Of a stretch of DNA of 64,000 nucleotides, positions 1-12,275 are shown piece by piece. The position numbers and the translations under genes are program-made. The notes under the pieces were generated by a model that was given only the letters and a program-made list of their open reading frames with translations, searched no databases and was not told where the DNA came from. The stretch comes from Heptranchias perlo (Eukaryota), in assembly GCF_035084215.1 (NCBI RefSeq), contig NC_090333.1:72850001-72914000 (forward strand), given 5' to 3'. The first letter of the stretch is position 1. The number at the start of each line of letters is the position of its first letter.

Positions 1-1344
1 GCATCACATTTCTGTCACATTAATTATAAGAACATTTCTTGCAGATCATTGACTTATTTGCAAATTTCTTTCTAATCAAAAGAAAGCTTGTTATTTGGAA
101 TGAACAGAGAAACCTCCCATCTCAATAATTGAGAATTAACACAGGAGTCAGAATTTCGATGGGCAATATTCTTAGCAATCGTACTTTGAAGAAGAGAAAG
201 AAAGCCAGACATTTTGCCTTGTGTTCTTTCAGGCTGAAGAACAATTAAGCTCTGATTTACCTCACCTTGCACAATTAAACTGAACGAGCTGTGACTCTGC
301 TTACTTAATAACAATTAGATCTTGTGGACTTAATGGGATATTATTCCAAATAAGTAGAATAAGATGTTTTGTATTGCATTGTAGAGTTCTTTCTTTATAA
401 AAAGTATATCGTCTGGCTTACCATGAGCAATGACGCAGGAGACCTGCTAATACTTAACATTATAAAAACTGTAACAGTGCAAGCTTTCTGTCTGTCAAAC
501 TTGATGCAGACTAATTACATTCAAATTTATGATTTGTGAATTTCTTGCAGCTCAATGCAGATTTCCAGCTGATATGCAATTTTATTAATTATGATTCACT
601 TATATGCAAATTGATTAAAGATGTTCTAATCAAATTGCTCAAATACTTCTTTGAAAAGTTGACATTTTTACTTTCTTCCCCCAAGCCTCCTGATAAAAAT
701 ATAATTTATGACATAATTAACATGTAAAACCATAAAAAATTGTAAAAAATGCTAACTGTCCCGTAAAACTCTCCAATTCCCGTCAGAAATGCATTCATTT
801 TGTTTCACCCTTGAGGTCTAAACTCTGCCAGGGTCCCAGAGCTTTAGTTTGTGATCCATCCCAATTTGTCATGACATGCTCCTGGCCCTTTCTTGCCTGC
901 CATGGCCCCGATAGCATCCACCCATGGCCTGTCTCTCACCATCCCGCCTCATTCCCAGGCCAAGAGTCCGGTTCCCAGAGTGAAGCCTGTTTTAATGCTG
1001 TTTTTGCCAACTCTACAATTGGCAATTACAATATTGAAGTTCACAATACACTGAAAAATGGTTTCTGGCCTCAGCCTAAGAATGCAGTGCTACTTGATGG
1101 TTCAGAAAAGGCCAGAAGTACCACCCAAACAATGTTGTCAGACCCTGGCCTCTTCTCCCAGTGTTCCTAGACCTTGGGAAATTTACATCCTCCCCTCGTC
1201 ACCATCAAACCCCAAGATCTTGCCTAGCTGCACCTAGCAGCTAACCCTCCACCTCCCTTTCTAGTGCTACAACATCATGAGCGAAGCTATCTACTGAATG
1301 GAAACTTCAAGAGGCTGTATACATAATTGGATTAATTAAAACAG

Positions 1345-1778
1345 GGTATGTTAGTGCGAGTAGTGGTTACTGGAATGGTAATACAGAGGCCTGGACCACT
1401 AATCCAGAGAATGTGAGTTCAAATCCCATCATGGCGGTTTGAGATTTTGAATTCAGTTTTAAAAATCTGGAAATATAAAGCTGGTATCAGTAAAAGTGAT
1501 CATGAAGCTATCGGATTGTTTTAGAAACCTAACTGGTTCACCAATGGAAGAAAACCTGACCTCCTGATCTGGTCTGGCCTTTATGTGGCTCCAGTTCTAC
1601 AACTCTCTTAACTTAAAGTTGACTCTTAACTGTCGTCTGAAGTCAACTAGCAAACCACTTAGTTGTATCAAACTACTTGCAGCGGTTCAAGAAGGCAGAC
1701 CACCACCTTCTTAGGGTCACTAGGGATGAACAATAAATGCCGGCCTTGCCATCGACACCCACGTCCGGAGAATTAATT
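1345..1778 (+). mobile_element. tRNA-derived SINE whose 3' tail matches the LINE family at 5841-7222
   Basis: B-box-like GAGTTCAAATCCC at about 1415. The 3' end (gcagcggttcaagaaggc...gggatgaacaataaatgccggccttgcc) matches the LINE 3' end at 7112-7215. Boundaries approximate. Confidence 0.6.
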
Positions 1779-1794
1779 TTTAAAAACTTATACA

Positions 1795-2915
1795 CCGGTG
1801 AAGAGGGCCTTTGGGCCCGTCATAGTTCAGCCTTCGAAAAGACCTTTATGTCCTTCCAGCACCCAAATGTTTCTCAAATGATTCCAGGACTTTTGCCTCC
1901 ACTATTCTATCTGGGAAACCATTCCATGTATCGATCTCTCTTTATGTGAAGAATCTCCCAATATTGGTTATAAATTTCCCTTGTGTATAATTGTTCTACT
2001 TGGATAATTTTAGTTTGAAAAAATTTTCCACATTTACCTTTTTGCTGCTGTTAACACACCTCTAAGAGCACTTCTCAAACATATTCTTTCAAGTCTGAAA
2101 ATCCGAAGTTTCTCCAATCTTGCTTCTTAACCCAGACCTTTGACACTGGATGTGCTCTTCTCTGCACTGCCTCCAGTGCAGGAATGTTTCCCTTGTGTCT
2201 TGGTGATTACAACTGGATATGGTACTCATGGTATGGTCTGACCAAAGCACAGTTCAATTTGATCATCACTTCCTCTGACTTGTGTTCGATTGTTTTGTTC
2301 AACTATATAACTATTTTATTTGCTTTGTTGATTGCTGCTCTGCATTTGCTGGAAATATTGAGCGAGAAGTTTACTAAGACAACCACCTTTGTTTCAACTT
2401 CAGCCTTAGCTATTTCAGCACAATCCATAGAGTGCATGTATTGCCCATTTTTGGTTCCTGTGGGCAATGTTTTACACTTGTATTTGTTAAACTTCATTTG
2501 GCATTGTTCTGACCACGTACATATTTTGTCCAACACATCTTCTAGCTTTTGAATTACCTCCTCAGATTCCAAAGCCCTTCTTAGTTTGGTATCATCTGAA
2601 AATTAGTCAATTTGTATTGAATTTCTGAATCAAAGCCATTGATATAAATCAAAATTAGTAATAGCCCCAACAGCAAGCCCTGGGCACTGCACATAATTCC
2701 CCTAACAAGTACCCGTTATTTTCTACCCTTCAGCCAATTTGTTCTCCATTGCCTGGATCCCCACAGCTTTGATTTTAACAAGCACCTTTTGTGTGGATCT
2801 TTTGTCAATGCCTTTTGGAAGTCTAGGTATAATTCATCTAGGGGCTTTCCACAATTTACTTCCTCAAAGAAGTTAAGAAAGTTGATCAGACAGAATTTTC
2901 CCATTCTGAATCGAT
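1795..2915 (-). mobile_element. Degraded CR1-type LINE, RT C-terminal part and 3' end
   Basis: Minus-strand ORF pieces 2716-2904 (CLINFLNFFEEV...LYLDFQKA) and 2303-2572 (WSEQCQMKFNKYKCK) resemble CR1 ORF2. Confidence 0.7.
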
Positions 2916-3176
2916 GTTGAATGCTGTTCCTTCGGTTATTATTGCAAGAATAAAGTCTGAAGTTTTTTCCTGATCAGTTTCATGTAAAATAATGGGCATG
3001 ATATTAGCATGGAGGAACTCAGCAGGTTGGTAACTTGAGCACGTCGATTTGTCCAATCTCAACTCAATTGAAGACACTTAATGTTAGTGGGCGTACTGTG
3101 CACCAGCATGACCCGATTTAAAGCTAACTATTTAAAGGGCCAATGCAAAATTAACTTTGAAGGAGTAAAAAGCAAA

Positions 3177-4988
3177 ATGGAAGGGCACAGAGGAAAGGCA
3201 GCACCAAGGTTCTCAGATACCTCGCTTGAGATACTACCAGCTGCTGTGAGAAGCATGAGGGAGGTGTTATACCCAGGTGATAGGAGGAAGAAACCTGCTT
3301 CTACCACCAAGAAGGCATGACTGGTGGTGGCAGGAGAGGTGAGCAGCAGGAGCACAGTGCCCAGGTTTTGGCTGCAGTGCAGGAAGCATTTTAATGACCT
3401 AACCAGGGTCAGGAAAAGTGATTACATTTGCTGATTCACCCACATCCTGTGAAATGCAACATCCCCCGTCTCACTCTGTGTTGGCACGCCTACTCAATCA
3501 CATCATTCCTCACATTCAGTTAAATTGCAGCATCAACCATCCTTCACTTTCTATGTACTTCCTCAACTCCCCATTTGTGCACCCACCACTACCACTCACC
3601 CCAGTCCTGATGCAGTGCGGTGTATCTGTCTGAAAGTCACCATCTGATGCATCTGTTTCATTGTGAGCCTCACCCGAAGCAGTGCAATCATAGTGTGACC
3701 CCGTCACTTTCAGTCACTCACAGGCCTGTTCTTTCTCCCCTTGCAGGAGAAGAGAGCACAAAATGCAGGGGAGAGGAGTAGGAATGGAGGTGGTCCACCG
3801 CATATATTGGAGCTGACAGATGAGGAGGAGGAGGCCATGGAAATAAGTGGGACAGTTGCATGCCTATCCATCGGAGATGGAGAGACTGAGAACCCGCAGA
3901 TGGCTGGTGACAGAACTTTATCATCTTTCACACACATAATGAATTGATTTTAATCAATGAATGAACTGTGTTAGACCTCAGTGTGGTCATTGGAAAGCTT
4001 TTCACTTTTGCGATTAATCATTAATATCACTTTCTGTTGTCTTTCAGTGCCTTCACGAGGAAAAAGCAGAAATGGAAGAAAGTGATTCCTCAGAGGAGCT
4101 CATTCCTTCTGAGGGTGCACCATCATAGGACAGACAGCCATACACCAGCGCTGATACTCACACTTTGGTGGGTCCTGTTATACAGTTAGTTGTGTTGTCA
4201 CCTGGTGATTCATTACTTACAAGTGAGCACGAGCAGACACCGGTGGCAGGGACAGCTGTGGAGAGTTCGCGATGGGGGTGTGCTCCTCTCCAAGCTCTGC
4301 TCAGCTGGACATAAATGCTGAACCCCAGGGGCCATCGTTGAGAAGGAGAATGATAGAGGTGCAGGAGCAACTTTGCGAGGTAATGGAGAAAGTGCCATGC
4401 ACACTCTCCACAATAGTGGAGAGGATGGAGGAGTCCAACTCCATTGCTAGTGGATTGGTGGCGCAGCTCAGTGCGAGAATGTCTGCGATGGAGAGAATGG
4501 TAGCCTCTATTGAGCTTCAAGCATGGCTCTCAAATGAGTCCTTGCAGGCCATGACAACGACCGTGCAGACTCTGGATGGCAACATGTCTGCTGCCTTAAA
4601 CAGGAAGACAGATACTTTAGCTGTGGCCTTACAACGCAACACATCTGCTCACCATTCTGCTGGCCGGCAGAGTGGTGGGAGTGATGTTGTGCTGGCCCAG
4701 GAGAGGTATGATGGAGAAAGAGGACATGGAAGTGGGAACTCCACTTAAAGTGCTCCCTTCTCAATCACTACCTGCAATGCTGCCCCCTCTCCCGATAGCC
4801 GAGTCTGCCTCTGCACATGTGCATGTGGAGCAGTCTTTTGCAGGGCCCTCACGGGCTCCAAAACGCAGTGGTTGTCGGTCGAGAGCATCTGGGCAGTCAG
4901 GGCAGGGATCTGAGTAATCTGCTTCTACCTCTGCTGAAGCCATGTAGAAGTGATAGAAAAGAAAGGCAAAGCAATTGGAATTCACTAA
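3177..4988 (+). pseudogene. Harbinger Myb/SANT-like (NAIF1/MSANTD-type) DNA-binding gene, 3 exons, disrupted
   Basis: Exon 1 3177-3417 (MEGHRGKAAPRFSD...TTKKA, then a premature TGA). Exon 2 3747-3906 (EKRAQNAGERSRNGGGPP). Exon 3 from 4048. GT/AG sites present and TATTTAAA upstream. Confidence 0.75.
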
Positions 4989-5292
4989 GGGTATGCACAA
5001 GGGTGTTTGATGAGCTGTCATGTTGTTAATTTGTATTATTTTTGTTCTGGCACATTAAATGTAATCATTACCACTGCGAAGTCTTGGCCATTATTGAGTC
5101 CCTTTTGTGAATTCGCCCTTTCATGTGCTTCATCATGAATGCCAAGACATGATGCCACCCATTAGGTGTGTGTGCAATGGGTGTCTGCGTGGTTGAAGAA
5201 TTGTTTTGTGCAAAGGGAGGGGGAGGGAGGTTTGTGGTGGCGGTAGTTCCGAGCGGCCTGAGGAGCTCAAAGCCTTCAATTTGCACATCTCA

Positions 5293-5436
5293 TTATGAGA
5301 ACCTATTAGAGATGAGGGCATCCATGGCATCACGAGCAGCAATGTGTGCCGCTGTTTTGGTGATGGGTTCCCCATCTTCATTTTCGTCCTCCTCAGATGT
5401 ACTGTGGAACAGATCCATTGTGCCCCCCACCCCCAT
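5293..5436 (-). pseudogene. Harbinger (HARBI1-like) transposase remnant with N- and C-termini fused
   Basis: 47-aa ORF MGVGGTMDLFHSTSEEDE...AARDAMDALISNRFS. The start resembles the transposase N-terminus of copies B and D; the end resembles Harbinger transposase C-termini. Confidence 0.6.
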
Positions 5437-5840
5437 CCTGACCGTGACAGTTTGAGGGGCTCCAAAATCTAAGTAAATTTGCCTGAACACAAGAATTCTC
5501 AGTCTCAGCAAAGAAATCTCAGTCTGAACACAAAGAACTCCAGCCAAAGGTTTGTCTGAGAGAACTGAGTGCCCAGCGGCAATACCTCACCTTTTATTGA
5601 GATATATCAATCACCGGTTTAAAGGCCAAATGAGCTTAGGCTGCAACACGCCTCCCTTTCAATGGCACGTTTCAGAAGCCATGGGAGACATGTTCAGGAG
5701 CAGTTAAATTCATTTCTGTTGCAGAATCCACAAAAAGTTAAGTACCTAAAGTGTTTCAACCACCTGAATTGACCCTTTATATATTTGCCCACAAGTTTTA
5801 AGTGGGTTCTGGGTTTCTGTTGTGCACGCACATCCTAACA

Positions 5841-7222
5841 AAAAGTAGGACAAATCCAATTCGGCTAATTACCACCCCATCAGTCTACTCTCAATCATCA
5901 ACAAAGTGATGGAAGGTGTCGCCGACAGTGCTATCGAGCGGCACTTACTCACCAATGCTCAGTTTGGGTTCCGCCAGGACCACTCGGCGCCAGACCTCAT
6001 TACAGCCTTGGTCCAAACATGGACAAAAGAGCTGAATTCCAGAGGTGAGGTGAGAGTGACTGCCCTTGACATCAAGGCAGCATTTGACCGAGTGTGGCAC
6101 CAAGGAGCCCAAGTAAAATTGAAGTCAATGGGAATCAGGGGAAAACTCTCCAGTGGCTGGAGTCATACCTAGCACAAAGGAAGATGGTAGTGGTTGTTGG
6201 AGGCCAATCATCTCAGCCCCAGGGCATTGCTGCAGGAGTTCCTCAGGGCAGTGCCCTAGGCCCAACCATCTTCAGCTGCTTCATCAATGACCTTCCCTCC
6301 ATCATAAGGTCAGAAATGCGAATGTTCGCTGATGATTGCAGTGTTCAGTTCCATTCGCAACCCCTCAAATAATGAAGCAGTCCGAGCCCGCATGCATCAA
6401 GACCTGGACAACATCCAGGCTTGGGCTGATAAGTGGCAATTAACATTCGCGCCAGACAAGTGCCAGGCAATGACCATCTCCAACAAGAGAGAGTCTAACT
6501 ACCTCCCCTTGACATTCAACGGCATTACCATCGCCGAATCCCCACCATCAACATCCTGGGGGTCACCATTGACCAGAAACTTAACTGGACCAGCCATATA
6601 AATACTGTGGCTACAAGAGCAGGTCAGAGGCTGGGTGTTCTGCGGCGAGTGACTCACCTTCTGACTCCCCAAAGCCTTTCCACCATCTACAAGACACAAG
6701 TCAGGAGTGTGATGGAATACTCTCCACTTGCCTGGATGAATGCAGCTCCAACAACACTCAAGAAGCTCGACACCATCCAGGACAAAGCAGCCCGCTTGAT
6801 TGGCACCCCTTCCACCACCCTAAACATTCACTCCCTTCACCACCGGCGCACTGTGGCTGCAGTGTTTACCATCCACAGGATGCACTGCAGCAACTCACCA
6901 AGGCTTCTTCGACAGCACCTCCCAAACCCGCGACCTCTACCACCTAGAAGGACAAGAGCAGCAGGTACATAGGAACAACACCACCTGCACGTTCCCCTCC
7001 AAGTCACACAGCATCCCGACTTGGAAATATATCACTGTTCCTTCATCGTCGCTGGGTCAAAATCCTGGAACTCCCTAACAGCACTGTGGGAGAACCTTCA
7101 CCACACGGACTGCAGCGGTTCAAGAAGGCGGCTCACCACCACCTTCTCAAGGGCAATTAGGGATGGGCAATAAATGCCGGCCTCGCCAGCGACGCCCACA
7201 TCCCATGAATGAATTCAAAAAA
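5841..7222 (+). mobile_element. 5'-truncated CR1/L2-group LINE (RT domain to 3' end)
   Basis: Motifs QFGFRQDHS, LDIKAAFDRVWH, GVPQGSALGP and MFADD across frameshifted ORFs; (ATGA)n/A-rich tail; 9-bp TSD ATCCTAACA (5832-5840, 7223-7231). Confidence 0.9.
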
Positions 7223-10200
7223 ATCCTAACATGCCTGGGTTAAACCCGGAAGTGGGTAAGTTGGACCGGGATGCGGGCCTGCTCCAAAAAGCTGCTACTT
7301 TAACCTCCCACCAGCGCCAACCCACCCGTTCTTGGGAATTAAAATTACCCCCAATGTGTCTGCAGTTGCTTGTGTCTGTTCTGCCACCCTTTTTGAATAT
7401 GGGCTCCACATTAGCCTGTATTGAATCTACTGGTATGTCCCTCGTGTCCAGTGACTCCTTTTATAATGTTTACTAATGCCTCACAAATCTCCTCCTAGTG
7501 TTTCTTCGTACTCTATTTATGCTGTCTATCCCTGGGGATGTATTTATTTTATCAAACTAATTTATATTAACTGAAGCTATCTAATCCCATTCCCTTTCCC
7601 TTTCCTCATATCTTTTTATATTCTTCCTTTCCAAATACTTGTCAAATTCCCATTTAAATGATATCACTTCCAAGGCATGACAAAAAGTCTCAGGGCATAC
7701 ACTGAAAATAGTTTTGTACCCCAAGCCATGCTGCTCTCACCAGGTTGTGAGTAGGTTTTGTGAAAAATGTTAAGGAACTCTGATTAGAATGTTTGTTTAG
7801 GAAGCTCAGAGTTTGGCAGTTATTTGAATAGTTATATTCAAATTTTGATTTCTTGCAGAAAATATTGTGTTGTATCCCTCCATTACTTTTGAAACACCAA
7901 AAGGGCAATACCACAACATGTACAAGATGACTCCTGAAGGCTTTAGGCTGCATTACAACACTATTTGTGGCCCTTAGCCTCCAGGCAAATTATTTATTAT
8001 GAGGAAGGAAAATCTTGAGACATAAGCTAAAAATGAGGCAGAAGGGAAAGCACAGCATTGGTCAGAAGCACAGTAAAGTCCTCTTTTTATATCATTGTAC
8101 TGAACATTTCCATGGCAGGCTGCATTCGATGTGGAGTAATGTTCCCTCTACATAACTCTTTGGTATTGGTTACTGTCAGGGAGCACCACCTACTGCACCT
8201 TTATGATATTTCCACTTATCACACCAGCCATCTTCACGGCTTTCTCAGCATTGTTACCAAATGTCAGTTTTTTCCAAGGACAACAGCTTCTCCAGCCTCT
8301 GTGTGCTTTCTAGCCTGCAAATATGCAAACCCTCAATGCCTGAAGGTACTCCACTCCTATGCTGTTCACGGGGATTTCATAGAGAATATCCAAGCTATGC
8401 CCCTAGTATGCTGTCCACAGACATCGGATGGAGTTACACCAGTCCAGTCACTACAATCCCACGCTGTCTTTGGCTGAATGTGATCTGAGTCATGCTGCTA
8501 GCTCTCTGACAAACACTCGGCACACTGAGGACAGACTACAGTTCTTCAGCCCTCAACACCAAACTATTTTGGCATTTGTTAACAACAGCCATTTTAAAAT
8601 TGGCTAGAAAGGAACTGATTCGGAACCCCAGAGCTAGGGAATTGTCAATTTTTATTTCTGTAGTTCTGACATTGGGACCAAATAATGAAATGGTTGGTCA
8701 TGACCCCTGAGACTATTAATTTTATTGTACACTGCCATTGTCAGAATTAAAGGAATAAAAACTTATTCAGTCACCTTGAAGCAGCAGAACTTGGTCATCA
8801 GCCTTTATTCAGTATTTTTCAATTATACATTATTTTTGAATTGTCAGCTTCTTTGGAGCTGTTCATTAGCTTTTTCAGGTTTTATAGGTTGATGTCGATG
8901 TCTTAGTGACGTTGCCAATTTAGTGTCAATTAATGTTGAGCTGTGGAGAATTTTGCTTTCAGTGGGTTTATATTGCCTGCAAATGTATTTTGTTCATGAG
9001 CTTTTGCAGCTGGCAGATGGAAATTTTATCACTTCAGATTTGGATAGGTATAAACCCAAGGTGAACTAACCCAGAACATTAACCTGTGTCTCAGGAGCTG
9101 GTTCTGTGATGTGATATCCCACCTGTGATTTTGAATATGTTTAAGGTTTCATTGTTTGCCTCTCTCTGGTCACCCATATTGAGTTCAACTATGATATTTG
9201 TCGATTTTGTTGCAATCCTAGCATTGGTAAGACATGTAGTATTTTGAGAAATGCAAAAAAAAGTCCAGATCTCCATCTCCCTTTTTTACAACTACTTTTT
9301 TTTAGTTTCTTTAAGTCCATATCAAATTTTTCTTGACCCATATAAATTCCCTAGTTACTTAATTGGGTAAATATATCTATGGCAGAGGTGCCAATGTTAT
9401 AAAATCATAGATTTATATATGTCAAGGAAAAATCTTATGCCCAATTCCTATATCTGATCTTGATTCTGGAATAAATAGCATTGTAATTAACTTCAGTTAT
9501 CTCAGCCACCTATTAAATGGAGAAGATACACAGATGTTTAATTTGATCTATTTTCCATTTGGAAAAGAGTCTCTGCCGTAAGATCCTTTATATAATGCAA
9601 TGCAATTGGGAGCATTTTGTACTCAGCTCAATTTAGCTGGTATTGTTAAAGTGAGAATATTTAACTGATATTAAAAGCATGTTAAGCCACATAAACGGAG
9701 TCCTCCAACAATAAATTACCTACATTCTTGGTTACAAAAAGACACATTATCTATTAGTGTCAGTTTCGGGACAGCTTTGTATTGTGGCCCACTGAGAACT
9801 GGTTTGGAACTGCCCAAAACTAAAGGTTTGTACTTTACATTGAGTCGACAGCACAGAAACAGGCCATTCAGCCCAACTAGTCTATGCTGGTGCTTATGCT
9901 CCACACATGCCTCCCCCTCCCTACTTCATCTACCCCTATCAGCATACCCTTTTATTCCTTTCTTCTTCATGTCCTTATCTAGATTCCCCTTAAAAACAGA
10001 GAGTAGGGGTTAAGGGTAGCTACTCAGACAAGCAAGAGGTGAGAAGTGGTATTCCACAGGGATCGATGCTGGGACCACTGTTATTCACAGTTTACATCAA
10101 CGATTTGGACTCGGGAATCAAAAATACAAGGATACAGAAGCACTGAATTCCCTTTTGGACTTATTAATGACTATCTTATATTGATGACCTCTAGGTTTGA

Positions 10201-10223
10201 ACTCCCCCACAGATGGAAACATT

Positions 10224-12275
10224 GGGCTCGATGTTAGCAGGGCTGCGGGTTCGCGGCGGGGGGGCTATTGGGCGCGTGGGTAAGGCGCCCGGCGAAATTA
10301 GTCTGCCCCCCGCGCGATCGCAGCCTAATTAGATCCACTTACCTGGTCTTCCGGGTTCCCCACTGCTAATCTGCGCATCGGGCGGACTGCACATGTGCAG
10401 TAAGCTCTGTCAGCTGGAGGAGCTCTATTTAAAGGGGCAGTCCTCCACTGACAGATGCTGCAACAAAAAGCAAAAATTACAGCACGGAGCAGCCCAGGGG
10501 GAAGGCTGCTCCCAGTTTAATGATGCCTCACTCCAGGTATCATTAGATGGGGTGAGGAGGAGGGGGAGGACAGAGATCTTCCCCCCGGCGGGCGGGAGGA
10601 AGCGGCCTGCCTCTGCCACCAGGAAGGCCTGGCTCGAGGTGGCAGAGGAGGTCACCTGCACCACCAACATATCGCGCACCTGCATACAGTGCAGGAGGCG
10701 CTCCAATGACCTCAGTAGGTCAGCCAAAGTGAGTACACTTACTCATTCCCCTACACTCCATCTGCCACATCACCGCCCCCACCCCACATCTCCTTCTGCA
10801 CTGCCAACACTACTCTATCACATCACCCCTCATACCCACTCAAAGCTCATCCTCATCTTACCTGCACTTACTCACCTCGCCAGTACTCATCCCGCCACTA
10901 CCACTCAACCCAATCATCATACAATCTCATGGCTCTATCTCATACTCACCCTCTCATGCATCTCCTTCACAGTCAGCCTCACTCAACCTGCCACTACCTG
11001 TGCTGCAGCTACAGGGCATGCATTACATATGTGCAGTAGGAAGCGTAAGGCAAACGTGTCGTGAGCATGAAGGGGATGCACAAGGGTGTTTGAGGGTTTG
11101 TCATGGTTTTTACTTATATTGAATTTCTGACCAACTCACATTACATGTTATATTGGCACCACTACTGCCACGTCTTTGCGAATCTTGTCTGGTTTGTGAA
11201 ATAATGCCCTTTCCTGAGGATCACAATGAAGACCCACAACTGATGACACCCATTGTGTCACTGCAGAGTGGTGTAGGTGTATTTGAAAGGCTCTTTTGTG
11301 GAGACGTTGGCGATGTCCCTGGTGGCACCCTGGAAGGATGCGGAGGAGAAGTTGTTGAGGGCAGTGGTGACTTTGACAGCGACAGGTAAGAAGATGGTGC
11401 TCGGGCCAACCGGGAGCAGCTCTGCATGAAGGAGGCTGCAGATGTCCACAACTACATGTCGAATGACTCTGAGCCTCCGTGTGCACTGCTGCTCAGAGAG
11501 GTCCAGGAAGCTGAGCCTCGGTCTGTGGACCCTGTGGCGAGGGTAGTGCCCTCTGCGACGCATCTCTCTCTGTGGTTGCCCTCCCTCCTGCTGTGCAGGT
11601 GGATGTGTCACAGCGCTCTGTTGTGGAGCTCCACGTGTCAGAGGTGGACGGCGTGGCCGGCGAGGCTGGTGAGGCTGGTGATGCTGTTCGTCCTCCGAGG
11701 AGGTCATGACTGCAACTACGGCGGCCCCCATCTGGAAGGTGTAGGTCTGAGGGGGTCTGCAAGATAGGTAAGTGTGTCCTCACACCGAGGTTGCATTTCC
11801 AGGTCGGTGAATTTTCTTGTTAGGAGGAGGGTGGTGGAGGCCAAACTTTGTCCAATGTGACGGAATGGCCTCCTGCGATGGTGAAGGGTCTCCCCCCACC
11901 CCCACCTGTCGAATGGACCTTTGCAGCTGCCACAGGCTGCTGGCTGCAACATCTCCGTTTGAACTGGGAGTGTTTCCCCCAGTATGGGAAACAGTCTCAG
12001 TTCAGTGTAAAATCCCACCCCTCCTCATAAAATAGCTTATCAGGTCTGTAAACGACCTGAACTAGCAACATAGATACTTTCAAGTGGCATCCCGCTGGCT
12101 TTAATTGCCTGCGGAATTCCCACCTGCGGGGGCTGCGCGCGCACGCCGGCGCGTCAATGGGGAACCCGGAAGTGGGTAGGTTGGAGCTGGGCTCCAGACC
12201 CGCTACGGGATTCCCCGATTTTCGGAGCCCCCCCCACCAGGAATGCACCCGATAGCGGGTGCTAAAATGAAGCCT
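10224..12275 (+). mobile_element. PIF/Harbinger copy B (non-autonomous, 2.05 kb)
   Basis: TIRs GGGCTCGATGTT and AAAATGAAGCCT with an ATT TSD. Carries Myb exon 1 (KAWLEVAEEV...CIQCRRRSNDL) and the transposase N-terminus on -. Confidence 0.9.
11258..11731 (-). pseudogene. Harbinger transposase N-terminal part, DDE core deleted
   Basis: RPRLSFLDLSEQQCTRRLR...LPVAVKVTTALNNFSSASFQGATRDIANVS resembles the N-terminal helix-turn-helix region of HARBI1-family proteins. Confidence 0.75.

Larger units (their letters stand above)
2994..7352 (+). mobile_element. PIF/Harbinger DNA transposon copy A (decayed, interrupted by a LINE)
   Basis: Imperfect TIRs GGGCATGATATT and AAAATTACCCCC, flanked by an AAT 3-bp TSD (2991-2993, 7353-7355). 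Contains a Myb/SANT-like gene on + and a transposase remnant on -. Confidence 0.85.

Noticed and set aside
10393-11064. His/Thr/Pro-rich ORF tails (also 38094-38753, 25881-26312, 57754-58089) as proteins
   Set aside because: They are read-through of the C/A-rich intron 1 of the Harbinger Myb gene past the GTGAG donor.
11258-11731. Domesticated host HARBI1, NAIF1 or MSANTD genes
   Set aside because: Multiple copies with TIRs, TSDs, stops and frameshifts indicate transposon relics.
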